Shown: positions 8,700-19,028 of the stretch, in pieces
Position numbering within the stretch: the first letter of the stretch is position 1
Layout: every line of letters begins with the position of its first letter
Origin: a virus
Lineage: Duplodnaviria; Caudoviricetes
DNA length: 28,679 nucleotides
IMG/VR virus record: IMGVR_UViG_3300020045_005498
Coordinates: 1 to 28,679 of that record
Strand: one strand, 5' to 3'
Notes under the pieces: generated by a model
Databases searched by the model: none
Told to the model about the DNA's origin: nothing
The model's input: only the letters and a program-made list of their open reading frames with translations
Translations under genes and position numbers: made by a program

Positions 8700-9085
8700 T
8701 AAAGATTGGTGTCAGGGTCGAAGGGATGGAAGATTTTGACGCGCAATTTGCCGAAGTCGTTCAGGCAATCGAGGAAAACCTTGATGAAGTAGCTAATACC
8801 GTTCTGACAGAAGCCAAAAACACCGCAGCGTTTATCGACAAAACAGGAAACCTGCGCGGGTCAATCAAAAAGAGAAAATCGAAGTACAAAGACGGCGGAT
8901 ATATTGTTGAGGCCGGTGGCCGTGGTAGCTCAAAAGGATACCACGCATTTAACGTCGAGGTCGGCCATGTTCTTATAGCATGGGGGAAACCAACAGGGAA
9001 AAGAGTACCGGCAAAACCTTTTTTGAGGCCAGCGGCGGAAAAAGGCATACGAAAGGCCATAGAGATTTTTAGGAGCGGTAAATAA
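8696..9085 (+). CDS. HK97 gp10-like tail completion/neck protein
   Basis: DKTGNLRGSI, YHAFNVEVGH, PAKPFLRPA motifs; start moved to ATG 8696 (GAGG RBS, ATGA overlap). Confidence 0.85.
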   Translation: MIKIGVRVEGMEDFDAQFAEVVQAIEENLDEVANTVLTEAKNTAAFIDKTGNLRGSIKKRKSKYKDGGYIVEAGGRGSSKGYHAFNVEVGHVLIAWGKPTGKRVPAKPFLRPAAEKGIRKAIEIFRSGK

Positions 9086-12066
9086 TGGCGAAAATAACCG
9101 GAATTTACGTTCCAATAAATGCCGACCTGAAGCAGCTCCGGTCAGACATGGGGCAGGCAAAGCAGATCATCACTGAATCTGCCAATTCCATGACCAATTC
9201 GCTCAATGGGGCTCTTTCTGGAGACCAAGCGAAAAGGGGCGTAAACTCTCTAGTAACCAATTTGAGCGCGTTATCCATGGCCTCAAAGAATGTCGGAAAA
9301 GATTTTTCAAATATCGGCGTAGACCTCAAGCAATTTCAAAGCGTAACCGGAACATCCGCATCGCAATTTGCAAAACTCCAAGGGCAACTGCTCCAAACAC
9401 AGGCGGCAAAGGCGCAAGAAAAGGCACTGCGCGACATCGCCAAACAAGCCGGATTGACCACTAAGGAAATTCAAGCACTCGGCAAGCAATTCGGCCTGTC
9501 GAAAACACAGATAGACAACGTTGCCAGTAGTACCAACACCATTGGCGGCGGATTCTCGAACCTACTTGGTTACATTTCCCCGGTAATCATCGCACTAGGC
9601 GCAGCGGCCAAGGCGGCGGAGATATTGAAGGGCGAGTTTGTCTATGGGCTGAAGGCGGTTGAAAGTTACGGAATGTCAATAGCGCAATCGACAGCGCTCA
9701 TAACCACTTTTTCGCAGAAAGCGAAAGACGGCGACTTGGCCGGGGCATTTCTTGAGGCGAACAACTACGCAAAAGAGCTCGTGCCCGCCCTTGAGATGAT
9801 CGACAGCAAGACCATTGCCAGTGGTAAAGACCTGCAAGCGATGTCGGAAACGTTCATAGCAAACGGCGTTCTGTTAGAGATAAACAACAAGAAACAGGTT
9901 GAATCATTCACCGCTGTTGCAAATGCCCTGGCGATATTGACACAGGGCCAGAACAAAGACATCCAGATGCGACAGGAGATCCGGGGGCTTCTTGACGGTG
10001 AGATCCGTTCACAGGACAAGCTCGGCATGCTCCTGAAAGCACAGATACCTGACATTGAAAAACAGTTGGTAAAATGGCGGGAAAAGGGAACCGTTTTAGA
10101 AAACCTTGGCGGCCTGCTCCAGGGTTTTAGCGCGTCTACCGGGCTAATAGAAGACCAATGGGCGACGGTCGGATCAACAATGGAAACCATCCACACGCGA
10201 ATCTTGCGCGGGATGATGGAGCCGGTTTTTGACGATCTTATCGGGCTTGCGAAAGACCTGAACAAATCTCTCATGGATGCGGAAGGAAACCTTACGCCTC
10301 TCGCGCGGGGGATAATTAAACTCTTCAACGACGGTTACGACGGGGCTAAGTCATTTTTCGACGAGAGCGAAAGAGGCTGGGCTAAAATGCTTTTCGACAT
10401 CAACCTTGTTACAGCCGGGGCAAGAATATTTAATTCTGTGCTTGGGTACGCAAAGGGGATGCTCGAAGATTACGGCAGTACCGGGTTAGAAAAGACAAAA
10501 AACGACCTTGCGGAAATTGAGCAGAAAATAAAGGACGTTTCCACCAGGGGCGATGATTGGTGGGAAGTATCGCTTTTTAAAGATCCAGGCGCAGACAAAA
10601 AATACCTGACAGAATTAAACACCAAAGCAGAAACGCTACGGCTGACAATAACAGACATCCATAATGAATCTGCGCGTGAGCTTGGGAAATCAGGCGGTGC
10701 TGTTAGTAAGGCCGCGCCAAAGATAGCGCCGCCTCCTCCTGACAGCACCGGAACAACCGGAGGCGGGTCAAGTAGAGCGTCAGACATGAACGCGGCGGTC
10801 AGTGCGCAGCTAGGATACCTAAAGGCAGCAGAGGAAAAGAAAGCGGCAGCCATCAAGGCGGCGATAGATATTGAACAGCAAGCCAATGAAAACGCCTACG
10901 ACATAGGCATAAAGACATACAGAGCTTACCTCGACACAAAACAAAGACTCACCGAAGATTCTCTACAGACGGAAATTTCCGCCAAACAGAAAGAGTTTGA
11001 CGATGCAAAGGCCGCGGCCGGAAAATTGTCACCGATAACCGACAAGGACGGCAACTCTCGACCTGACAAAGACCTGAAAGCGCAATACGACGCTTTGAAA
11101 AAGGTCGAAATGGCAGAGAAATCATTGATAGAAGCACAGGGAAAACTTACCACGGCACAGTCTGAAGGGTCAAAAATAGTAAGGGTTGCGCTCAGGGAAG
11201 AGATCGACCTAATCAAGCAATACAAGATTGAGTTTTCCGGGCGGGCCAATCACTTTGAAGAGGCCGAACGAATTAGGCAAACCACGATTGATTACACCAC
11301 TCAGTTGTGGCAACTCCAACAGGACGCAATAGAGGGCGTTGCCGGGGCGCAAGAGGCACTTGCCGGATTTATGGCGCGTGGTGAAAAAGATCTGAAGATA
11401 GCCAAGAGTGAAGATAAATTCTACAAAGCTGATGTTGATAACAGTGCCTTTGGGTCGTCAAACGAATTTGATTCTATAACCAGCAAATACACCGATATGT
11501 ACCGAGGTCTTCAGTTGATTGAGGATGAGTTCGGCAAACAATCAACTGAGGCAAAAAAAGCCAGGTGGGGTGCTGAGGTCGATATGGCGAGAGATTCAAT
11601 TGATGCCATATCCCTTGCTCTTTTGCAGGGAAATGAAAGCCAGTTCAACGCCGGGAAAGCTCTTGCAATCTCCATGGCGATCATTAACGGGGCGCTGTCG
11701 GTAAGCAAAGCTCTTACTTTGGCATACCCGATGAACTTCGCCGTAGCCGGGATGGTCGGTGCAGCGGCGGGGACACAGGTTTCGGCAATAATGAGCCAAC
11801 AGTATCAGGGCAGAGCTGAAGGTGGGCCGGTCACTGCCGGGCAGACGTATATCGTCAATGAGAACCGGGCAACGCAGGGGCCGGAATACTTTACCCCGAA
11901 GGTAGCCGGCACAATTACCCCGGCAAATAAAATGAACGGACAAACAACCAACAACAGCATCACTCAGGTAATCAACGTGGTTGGACGAATCGACAGAAGA
12001 ACGTCAACGCAATTAGCCAGTGACGCGGCGAGAAAACAACGGGTTGCTAATGCGAGGTTCGGCTGA
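9085..12066 (+). CDS. Tape measure protein
   Basis: 993 aa, helical and Ala/Gln/Lys-rich; C-terminal RAEGGPV..GQTYIVNE..GPEYFTP. Confidence 0.93.
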   Translation: MAKITGIYVPINADLKQLRSDMGQAKQIITESANSMTNSLNGALSGDQAKRGVNSLVTNLSALSMASKNVGKDFSNIGVDLKQFQSVTGTSASQFAKLQGQLLQTQAAKAQEKALRDIAKQAGLTTKEIQALGKQFGLSKTQIDNVASSTNTIGGGFSNLLGYISPVIIALGAAAKAAEILKGEFVYGLKAVESYGMSIAQSTALITTFSQKAKDGDLAGAFLEANNYAKELVPALEMIDSKTIASGKDLQAMSETFIANGVLLEINNKKQVESFTAVANALAILTQGQNKDIQMRQEIRGLLDGEIRSQDKLGMLLKAQIPDIEKQLVKWREKGTVLENLGGLLQGFSASTGLIEDQWATVGSTMETIHTRILRGMMEPVFDDLIGLAKDLNKSLMDAEGNLTPLARGIIKLFNDGYDGAKSFFDESERGWAKMLFDINLVTAGARIFNSVLGYAKGMLEDYGSTGLEKTKNDLAEIEQKIKDVSTRGDDWWEVSLFKDPGADKKYLTELNTKAETLRLTITDIHNESARELGKSGGAVSKAAPKIAPPPPDSTGTTGGGSSRASDMNAAVSAQLGYLKAAEEKKAAAIKAAIDIEQQANENAYDIGIKTYRAYLDTKQRLTEDSLQTEISAKQKEFDDAKAAAGKLSPITDKDGNSRPDKDLKAQYDALKKVEMAEKSLIEAQGKLTTAQSEGSKIVRVALREEIDLIKQYKIEFSGRANHFEEAERIRQTTIDYTTQLWQLQQDAIEGVAGAQEALAGFMARGEKDLKIAKSEDKFYKADVDNSAFGSSNEFDSITSKYTDMYRGLQLIEDEFGKQSTEAKKARWGAEVDMARDSIDAISLALLQGNESQFNAGKALAISMAIINGALSVSKALTLAYPMNFAVAGMVGAAAGTQVSAIMSQQYQGRAEGGPVTAGQTYIVNENRATQGPEYFTPKVAGTITPANKMNGQTTNNSITQVINVVGRIDRRTSTQLASDAARKQRVANARFG

Positions 12067-12653
12067 TGTTTAACGAAACGAGGTTACTTGACGGCGTGGC
12101 CTATGGGTCAGAATTTGGCCAGGAGTTCAACACCAATACGGTGACTTTGAGATCAGGCCATGAGCGAAGAAACATAAACTGGACCGCTCCTCTTGGGAAA
12201 TACTCTGTTGCTTATTCTGCTTTGCTTGAAAGCGACCATCTTCTCGTCCGCCATGCACACATGGCCTGTTTCGGCAGCGCTATTGCTTTTCGTTTCAAGG
12301 ATTGGATGGACTTTGCCGCAACAAGCGAACCTATCGGGCTGGGGACCGGCGCAGCTCAATCTTTGCAGCTCACAAAAACGTATTCGTTCGGGCCGCTCGA
12401 AATGGTCAGGAATATAACCAAGCCTGTCTTTGCTACAATATACGAAGATGGCGTTGCCATAGCATCGGTCCTTGACACAACGACCGGAATAGTCACGGTA
12501 ACATCCGCGCCGAATTCGGTATTGACATGGAGTGGAGAGTTTGACGTTCCGGTAAAATTTGACGATGACAGACTTGATTGCCAGCCGGTCAATAAGTCAG
12601 GAGGCAAGTTTATTTTGCGATCAAACGTCACCTTGTCAGAGGTCAGGCTGTGA
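12066..12653 (+). CDS. Distal tail protein, DUF2460/TIGR02217 (RcGTA-like)
   Basis: SGHERRNINW, FRFKDW.DF, QLTKTY, RNITKPV, GEFDVPVKFD. Confidence 0.9.
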   Translation: MFNETRLLDGVAYGSEFGQEFNTNTVTLRSGHERRNINWTAPLGKYSVAYSALLESDHLLVRHAHMACFGSAIAFRFKDWMDFAATSEPIGLGTGAAQSLQLTKTYSFGPLEMVRNITKPVFATIYEDGVAIASVLDTTTGIVTVTSAPNSVLTWSGEFDVPVKFDDDRLDCQPVNKSGGKFILRSNVTLSEVRL

Positions 12654-13567
12654 GAGACATATCAACACATCTAAGAGATCACTTACATGACGACACCACG
12701 ACAACGTGTCGGCTGCTCAAGTTTGTTTTGACCAATGGCAATACCTACGGCATGACCACGCTCGACAGCGATATAACCTACGACGGAACGACATACCACG
12801 CAATAAACGGTTTCGACCCGTCGAACATTGCCACAGATGCCGGGCTGACGGTGGACAACTCAGAGGTCCGTGCGCTGATATCGGCAGACATCTCAGGAAT
12901 TACCGTTGCAATGGTGAAGGCCGGCCAGATGGATGACGCAACATGGGAAATGCTGCTTGTCAACTATCGAGACTTGTCGATGGGCCACGTTGTCATTGAT
13001 GGGGGAGATGTCGGAGAGGTTCGGGTTGTCGATGGGGTTGTTTATATGCCTGAGCTGGTCAGCTCGGTAATGCGCTTGCGTCAGGCGGTCGGTCATGTGT
13101 GGTCGAGATCGTGCAGGGCGATATTTGGTTCTCCTACTGAATCACAGACCGGGTGCGGTGTTGACGCGGAATCTTTGTGGATGGCCGGAACCGTAACCGG
13201 GTTGGGAGACGAGGACAGGCGGATTTTCAGTGATTCGTCTTTGCTTGCCTTAGCTCCTGAGCCGATACCCGGCAGAGTGCAATGGTTGACCGGCAGCAAT
13301 ACGTCAAGCAGGGTGTACCAGATCGAAGCCTATGGCGACACGACCGGGACCATCGGCCTACTTGAGCCTTGCGCCTTTGATATCGTGGTGGGCGATACGT
13401 TTCGCCTAAGGGTCGATTGCGATAAACAGCCGTCAACCTGCAAAAACCAGTGGAACAACTGGCTCAATTACAAAGGGGAACCGCTTATTCCTGTCGGGGA
13501 TGGAGTGCAGATCCTGACACCTTCGGCGCAGATTGCCGGTGGCTTTGTTGGGAGTGAGGTCATTTAA
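12650..13567 (+). CDS. Tail hub protein, DUF2163 + BR0599 C-terminal domain
   Basis: TTLD.DITYDG, SRSCRA.FG...CGVD, GDTF....CDK..STCK..WNN.LNYKGEP.IP. Confidence 0.9.
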   Translation: MRDISTHLRDHLHDDTTTTCRLLKFVLTNGNTYGMTTLDSDITYDGTTYHAINGFDPSNIATDAGLTVDNSEVRALISADISGITVAMVKAGQMDDATWEMLLVNYRDLSMGHVVIDGGDVGEVRVVDGVVYMPELVSSVMRLRQAVGHVWSRSCRAIFGSPTESQTGCGVDAESLWMAGTVTGLGDEDRRIFSDSSLLALAPEPIPGRVQWLTGSNTSSRVYQIEAYGDTTGTIGLLEPCAFDIVVGDTFRLRVDCDKQPSTCKNQWNNWLNYKGEPLIPVGDGVQILTPSAQIAGGFVGSEVI

Positions 13568-13980
13568 TGAAAGAAGAAATAATTTCCTTCGCTCGGTCGA
13601 TGATCGGCACTAAATGGCGGCACATGGGCAGAACGTCACGCGGCGTTGATTGCCTTGGTCTTCTCTTGCTCAGTTTAAAGGCGGGCGGTTTCGAGCCAAA
13701 ATATGAAAAGAAATATGGCCGTGAACCGTGGAAAGACGGATTGCAAGAGGCACTTGTTGACCACTTTGGAGATCCGGTAATTGATTGGCAGCCGGGAGAT
13801 ATTGCCTTGATTAAATTCGACCAATCGCCGGACCCGTCACACGTTGGGATACTCGCTGATTATAAATATGGCGGGCTGTCGCTAATCCACTCCTACAGTC
13901 TGATATCAGTAACCGAGCACCGTCTTGACGCTGCATGGGCAAAAAGAATAGTTGAGGTGTATAGACCATGGCAGCAGTAG
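13567..13980 (+). CDS. NlpC/P60 tail-tip peptidase
   Basis: ARSMIGTKWRHMGR...GVDCLGL (Cys), HVGI (His), LIHS. Confidence 0.92.
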   Translation: MKEEIISFARSMIGTKWRHMGRTSRGVDCLGLLLLSLKAGGFEPKYEKKYGREPWKDGLQEALVDHFGDPVIDWQPGDIALIKFDQSPDPSHVGILADYKYGGLSLIHSYSLISVTEHRLDAAWAKRIVEVYRPWQQ

Positions 13981-14906
13981 TCCCATACGTCATATATGCC
14001 GCTGTCAGTGTTGCGGTTGGCTTTGTCATGCAGTCTTTGCAGAAGCCGATAGAGGGGGCAAAGCTCGGAGACATTGCCAAGCAGACGGCCAGAGAGGGCG
14101 GGGAAAGGCTTATTGTCTGGGGCATAGTCAGGCCGATAGGCGGGAATATTGTTGCCTGCTCCGAACCATCGAAAACGACGACGACATCGGGAGGAAAGGG
14201 CGGAGGAAGTAGCAGCAGCAGACAGACCACAGAATCAGTCTACCGGACCTATGCAATCGGAGTATGCGAAGGGCCGATTACCGGATACCGCAGAATATGG
14301 CGGAACAACAAAATTGTGTATGATGCCCGCCTTGACGAGAATGGGGTTTTGAATGAATGGGGCGCTGCGAATAATGCTACTTTTTTACAGGCTGCAACAC
14401 TTTACAACGGATATTACGATCAGTTACCAGATGCGGCGCTTGAGTCTATTTTCGGCGTAGGTGAAGTTCCGGCAATGCGCGGAACGGCGTATATGGTTAT
14501 GGCGCACGAAAACCTTACAGATTTAGGCGGGGCCGTTCCTCAGTATATCTTTGAAGTTGTCAGGGCTGAGGGTATACCTTATACGAGTCGGCCTTATGCT
14601 GTTGAGGATGTAGATTCAATGTCTATTGACACAACATCAATAGCTTCAGGTGTGTTTAGAGCGCAACTTCTCTCATATGATGATGGCTTGACCGAAGGTA
14701 TTGAGATTGGCGAAACTATTGATTCAGGCGTGTTTAGGCAGTCTTTATTTACTTATGATGATGGCTTGACCGAAGGTATTGAGATTGGCGAAACTATTGA
14801 TTCAGGAAACATGCGGGTAGGGTTAATATTATACGAAGACGCTTTGCCTGAAGGAATAACCGTCTCTTCAACAGAAATTACATCGGGGTATTTGAATGAA
14901 AATTAA
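13968..14906 (+). CDS. Central tail/baseplate protein, N-terminal part, with C-terminal 26-aa repeats
   Basis: GGKGGG, YAIGVCEGPI, RIWRNNK, QLPD, PAMRGTAYMV, LTDLGGAVPQY.FEV are typical of the N-half of GTA-like central tail proteins. Confidence 0.8.
   Translation: MAAVVPYVIYAAVSVAVGFVMQSLQKPIEGAKLGDIAKQTAREGGERLIVWGIVRPIGGNIVACSEPSKTTTTSGGKGGGSSSSRQTTESVYRTYAIGVCEGPITGYRRIWRNNKIVYDARLDENGVLNEWGAANNATFLQAATLYNGYYDQLPDAALESIFGVGEVPAMRGTAYMVMAHENLTDLGGAVPQYIFEVVRAEGIPYTSRPYAVEDVDSMSIDTTSIASGVFRAQLLSYDDGLTEGIEIGETIDSGVFRQSLFTYDDGLTEGIEIGETIDSGNMRVGLILYEDALPEGITVSSTEITSGYLNEN
14676..14806 (+). repeat. Perfect 53-bp direct repeat (14676-14728 and 14754-14806), 78-bp period
   Basis: TATGATGATGGCTTGACCGAAGGTATTGAGATTGGCGAAACTATTGATTCAGG twice, encoding YDDGLTEGIEIGETIDSG. 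Confidence 0.95.
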
Positions 14907-15807
14907 CCATAGATTGGCTGGTCGTTACAAGATTGAAGCTGTTAAAATGAAAGAGGGGGTTGAGGTAGGCAGGAGAGTGTGCGCCGATTGGTTTGAAAAC
15001 CTTATAACTGACGCTGGATTGAATAAACTAGGAACAAGTGGAAGCTATGCTACGTATTGCCAGGTAGGATCAGGAAATGCCGTGCCTGCTAACGCGAATA
15101 CCGCGTTGGTTTCTTATTTAGCGCACACATCAACAATTCAAACAACCAACACCGGAGCATCAGGCAGCGCACCGTATTATGTATTTCTTCAAAGAACATA
15201 TCGTTTTGCAGAAGGGGAAGCCGCTGGAAATATATCAGAGGTTGGTGTAGGTTGGGCTACAACAGGCTCTTTGTTTTCAAGGGCTTTGGTTCTGGACTAT
15301 ATAGGAAACCCAACAACAATAACAATTCTTTCAGATGAATCTCTTGATGTCCTTTATGAAGTTAGGAACTATATTGATATTGTGGATAAAACCGGAACCA
15401 CTGTGTTTACTGGAAACAAAGGAGGAAGTTACGATTGGATAATTAGGCCAGGGTTGGTTAATACCTACAGCAACATAAGCGGATGGAACGCTAGTAACGC
15501 CATGAGCTTCACTCAGTCTTCAGGAACTAAATGGCCTTGTGGAAATGGGCCGATAGCAGCAATAACTTCATACCCTGCCGGGACTTCTCCGCTAAACTTA
15601 GTACCATCTGCTTATGTTGACTCTAGCATGGAAATATCTTTTACAGCATCTGCAACTATCGCGTTGGGTAATCTTTCCGGTGGCATACGTGAAATGCATG
15701 GTGCGCTTGGGCAGGGCTATTTCCAAATACAATTTGACCCACCTATACCAAAAACATCAATTGATGTTCTGACTGTAGTTATTACCCTAAGCTGGAGCAG
15801 GTATTAA
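14896..15807 (+). CDS. Putative tail-tip virion protein
   Basis: 303 aa; WFENLITDAGLN, CQVGSG, YRFAEG.AAGNISEVG, LFSRAL resemble baseplate/fibre-attachment N-termini. Confidence 0.65.
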   Translation: MKINHRLAGRYKIEAVKMKEGVEVGRRVCADWFENLITDAGLNKLGTSGSYATYCQVGSGNAVPANANTALVSYLAHTSTIQTTNTGASGSAPYYVFLQRTYRFAEGEAAGNISEVGVGWATTGSLFSRALVLDYIGNPTTITILSDESLDVLYEVRNYIDIVDKTGTTVFTGNKGGSYDWIIRPGLVNTYSNISGWNASNAMSFTQSSGTKWPCGNGPIAAITSYPAGTSPLNLVPSAYVDSSMEISFTASATIALGNLSGGIREMHGALGQGYFQIQFDPPIPKTSIDVLTVVITLSWSRY

Positions 15808-15808
15808 A

Positions 15809-16375
15809 ATGTTACCAGGAGGAATATTGTCAACAGAAGTTGTTCGTGGTCAAATCGTCGGCGCAAGGGCTATGTCAGTGAGCAAGATTGTTGATTACGA
15901 AGACGGTGGAATTGCCATAAATGATTCTTCTGAAGGATTGCTTTATCAAGCTTGGAAATGCATAATTAGCGATAACAAGGCCATGCTGTCCGCTGAGAAC
16001 ATGGACGAGACGGTGGTTTATTCCGGCACATACTTAACCGAGATCAGTTTTACTTTTGACCAAAACATGCGGCTATCTCTTGCTTACGTAGACAGCAATT
16101 TGCCGTATCTGCAATGGTATGATTCAAGTGTTGGTGGTCAGGTAACAACCGCATTGCCGACTGATATCGTCAACCCTCGGTTATTTCTGGATGACAAGCG
16201 AGTTTTGCAAAGTGCCGTTTCTGACATAATCCTTGGTTATGTCAGAAACAACAATCTTTATTACCGACAGCAAAGAGACAGATTCACCATTGAATATTTG
16301 CTGAAAGAAAATGTATCGAGGCTTGTTAAAATCGGAATGAATAATCAATTAAGATTGCAGTTTATGGCGGCTTGA
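15809..16375 (+). CDS. Hypothetical tail-associated protein
   Basis: 188 aa, tightly packed in the tail operon; DYEDGGIA.ND, FDQNMR, LDDKR, RQQRDRF. Confidence 0.6.
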   Translation: MLPGGILSTEVVRGQIVGARAMSVSKIVDYEDGGIAINDSSEGLLYQAWKCIISDNKAMLSAENMDETVVYSGTYLTEISFTFDQNMRLSLAYVDSNLPYLQWYDSSVGGQVTTALPTDIVNPRLFLDDKRVLQSAVSDIILGYVRNNNLYYRQQRDRFTIEYLLKENVSRLVKIGMNNQLRLQFMAA

Positions 16376-16376
16376 T

Positions 16377-18002
16377 ATGTCTTTTTTCACTGATATATAT
16401 TCTGAGTTTTTCCCTACACCAGTGCCTGTCCTGCAAAGTGATTCGGCGTGGGCCTTGGGATCATTGGTAAACGAAATATGTCTCCGTGCCGGGATTCCAT
16501 ATAATAAAATAAACGTCAATTTGTTATATGAATACGTAGAAGGGTTTCACTTAAGCTGTGACAATGCGGCGTATACCGGCATTGAAGCACTGTCGAGTAT
16601 ATTCTTTTTCGACGTGTGTAATTTCGACGGTGTGACAAACTTTATTCCACGCGGCGGAAATTCTATAGCCACCATATCAATTGATGATTTGGTCGATGAT
16701 GGAAATGATATTTACTCGAACCAGAGAAAAGACAGTATCCAGATTCCGAGAGTATACCATCTCGAATATTACGACATAGGCGGTGGACTTGAACCGGATA
16801 AGCAGACATCGGACAGAAGCCTTGACTCAAGAAGCCAATCAGAAGTTAGGATACAAACTGTTGTCTTGATGCAGGCGGAAACGGCTGCAAAGAAAGTTGT
16901 TATCAATCACAAGGTGGCTATCGAGGAACAACGCGGCGAACTTGATATATCATTGCCTGATAGTTGGATATGGCTTACGGTAGGTGATATTGTAACTTTT
17001 GAAGGTGAACGTTTCCGCATAACAGAGTGTGCAATAGACGATGGTTTCCAGCGGTATAAAATAATTTATGACCGGCAAAGCGCATATGGTTCTTATATTA
17101 ATGCCGTGCCTATCGGGACACCTTCAACCGCTCCAACTCTTGTAGTAGGTTCAACAACGTTACATTTCATAGATTCGCACATTTTAAGAGACTCAGACGA
17201 CAAATTAGGGTATTATGTCGGTATCAATGGAGCATCAGACGCATGGTCAGGGGCAACGGTTGAATTATCGACGGACGGTGGCCAAACTTACCCTGATGTT
17301 ATTAATTCAAATACCTCTGTGACGGTAGGAACTTTGACAGATACATTACCTTCACACAATATAAACTATCCAGACGAACGAAACACATTGACCGTTCAAC
17401 TCATAAAAGATTCTCTCGAATTGTCACCATGCACTTTGTCAGAAATGATGAACCGGGCGAATATGGCCATTGTCGGTGACGAAATAATAAACTTTTCTAA
17501 CGCTGTTGAAACATCTCCTGGAATATGGAACCTGTCGTACTTGCTGCGGGGCAGAAAAGGAACGGCGTGCGTTTCTCATTCTTCAGGCGAGAGATTCGTT
17601 TTACTTGACCGTCAACGGCTAGCCTTTGTTGATGCTGAACTTTATCAACTTGGCAGGACGCTTACTTTCAGGGCCACGACATTCGGCGCATCTTCTGGTG
17701 CTGTGAGTAGCTTCCTGTTTTCTGGGAAAACACAGAAAGAGCGGACACCTGAATATCTCTCTGCTGTCCGTGATGGCGGCAATATCGTCATTTCATGGCA
17801 GGGTGTCGGGCGGATCGGCGGCGGCGCATCCGTGGCAATGGGGCAATATTTTACAGGTTATAGAGTCACGGTAAACGGCGTTTCACAAACCACAACCAGC
17901 GAAACTTTGACCATCGTTGACCCTGGCGGGGCCGTGACGATATCCGTGCAACAAATTAACGCCATAACCGGAAACGGGGCGGCCTCTACAGTGGTGATAT
18001 AA
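16377..18002 (+). CDS. Central tail protein, C-terminal part (phage tail/host-specificity-like)
   Basis: [57 protein letters not shown]...H..GERFVLLD. Confidence 0.85.
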   Translation: MSFFTDIYSEFFPTPVPVLQSDSAWALGSLVNEICLRAGIPYNKINVNLLYEYVEGFHLSCDNAAYTGIEALSSIFFFDVCNFDGVTNFIPRGGNSIATISIDDLVDDGNDIYSNQRKDSIQIPRVYHLEYYDIGGGLEPDKQTSDRSLDSRSQSEVRIQTVVLMQAETAAKKVVINHKVAIEEQRGELDISLPDSWIWLTVGDIVTFEGERFRITECAIDDGFQRYKIIYDRQSAYGSYINAVPIGTPSTAPTLVVGSTTLHFIDSHILRDSDDKLGYYVGINGASDAWSGATVELSTDGGQTYPDVINSNTSVTVGTLTDTLPSHNINYPDERNTLTVQLIKDSLELSPCTLSEMMNRANMAIVGDEIINFSNAVETSPGIWNLSYLLRGRKGTACVSHSSGERFVLLDRQRLAFVDAELYQLGRTLTFRATTFGASSGAVSSFLFSGKTQKERTPEYLSAVRDGGNIVISWQGVGRIGGGASVAMGQYFTGYRVTVNGVSQTTTSETLTIVDPGGAVTISVQQINAITGNGAASTVVI

Positions 18003-18331
18003 TGGCAGACACGATAAACAATGCAATCCCGTTTGTTCCTGAAAGCACGACCGACCCGGCATCTGGACTAAACCTCTCTTTAAAAATAATTGACGCACTC
18101 ACACAGATCAGGGTTGTCAGTATAGCCAACGACCCGCCAGTTGGTCCGACCGAAGGAGACAGATACATTGTCGGGACTGTACCAACTGGTGCATGGGTAG
18201 GCCACGCCGGAGAAATGGCGCAACACCTTGACGCGGGGTGGAATTTTTACAGCGCGGTGATAGTTGTAAATCTAACTGACGACAAACTCTATATAAACGG
18301 CTCGACCGGGTGGATTGTGGTTGGTCCTTAA
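18002..18331 (+). CDS. DUF2793-domain protein
   Basis: [25 protein letters not shown]...GW.F. Confidence 0.85.
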   Translation: MADTINNAIPFVPESTTDPASGLNLSLKIIDALTQIRVVSIANDPPVGPTEGDRYIVGTVPTGAWVGHAGEMAQHLDAGWNFYSAVIVVNLTDDKLYINGSTGWIVVGP

Positions 18332-18348
18332 AATCAAAAGGTGACAAA

Positions 18349-18612
18349 ATGGCAATGACCAGAGAAGACAAGACCGGAATAGTAATGCAGATTTTTACCA
18401 CGCAGCGAGTCCAGGCGGTAGTTGCAAACGTCGCATGGGTGCCTGGAGCAACAGACCGGGCATTTTCTGCACCTGTTGATTTCGCCGGGGTAATTTACAC
18501 CACGGCAGCAGGAGCACAAACATCAATCCCACTGGCGGCAAATCTGTCGCGGGGGCTTGACGGTATCGTGTCGGTAACTTTTGACGCAAACGGTGCAATC
18601 GAGGTGATGTAA
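18349..18612 (+). CDS. Hypothetical protein (87 aa)
   Basis: Start moved to ATG 18349 (AAGGTG RBS); TAATG coupling to the next gene. Confidence 0.65.
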   Translation: MAMTREDKTGIVMQIFTTQRVQAVVANVAWVPGATDRAFSAPVDFAGVIYTTAAGAQTSIPLAANLSRGLDGIVSVTFDANGAIEVM

Positions 18613-19028
18613 TGGATATGTCATTTGGCATGATGACGAATTTTACGGTTGTGCATGGCCTGGCGCGAACCCCAGGAAGCAAATATGACCAAATCCGAAA
18701 CGACCAAGTTATCTCCAGAAAATGGGCACCATCACCGCGTCCACCATCCGATGCATCCGTAAGCATAATCAACGGGCTATTCCGTTTCGATGGCGAAGGT
18801 GACTTTATCGCCGGTCCTGAAGTTTGGGGAGATTCGCGATATATCGAAACACTGGTCATGAGCCATGCGACCGAGTACGAGACTGCGACGAGTGCGATAC
18901 AGTTTATCGGCGGTGTTGAGTATACTTTTACTGCTACTACGATGGTTGATCCGGTAATTCCAGACGGTGAGGCTGTCCTGTTCGGTGGTGACTCAGCGAT
19001 CTTCGGCGGCGAGGATGCAATATGGTAA
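18612..19028 (+). CDS. Hypothetical protein with C-terminal FGG repeats
   Basis: 138 aa, coupled to both neighbours; ends AVLFGGD-SAIFGGE-DAIW. Confidence 0.6.
   Translation: MDMSFGMMTNFTVVHGLARTPGSKYDQIRNDQVISRKWAPSPRPPSDASVSIINGLFRFDGEGDFIAGPEVWGDSRYIETLVMSHATEYETATSAIQFIGGVEYTFTATTMVDPVIPDGEAVLFGGDSAIFGGEDAIW

Noticed and set aside
14676-14806. DGR template/variable repeat pair
   Set aside because: The copies are identical and tandem within one ORF, with no adenine-specific mismatches and no reverse transcriptase in the window
12066-18002. Gene transfer agent
   Set aside because: The tail tip is GTA-like, but integrase, att site, repressor, early genes and a long tape measure indicate a temperate phage
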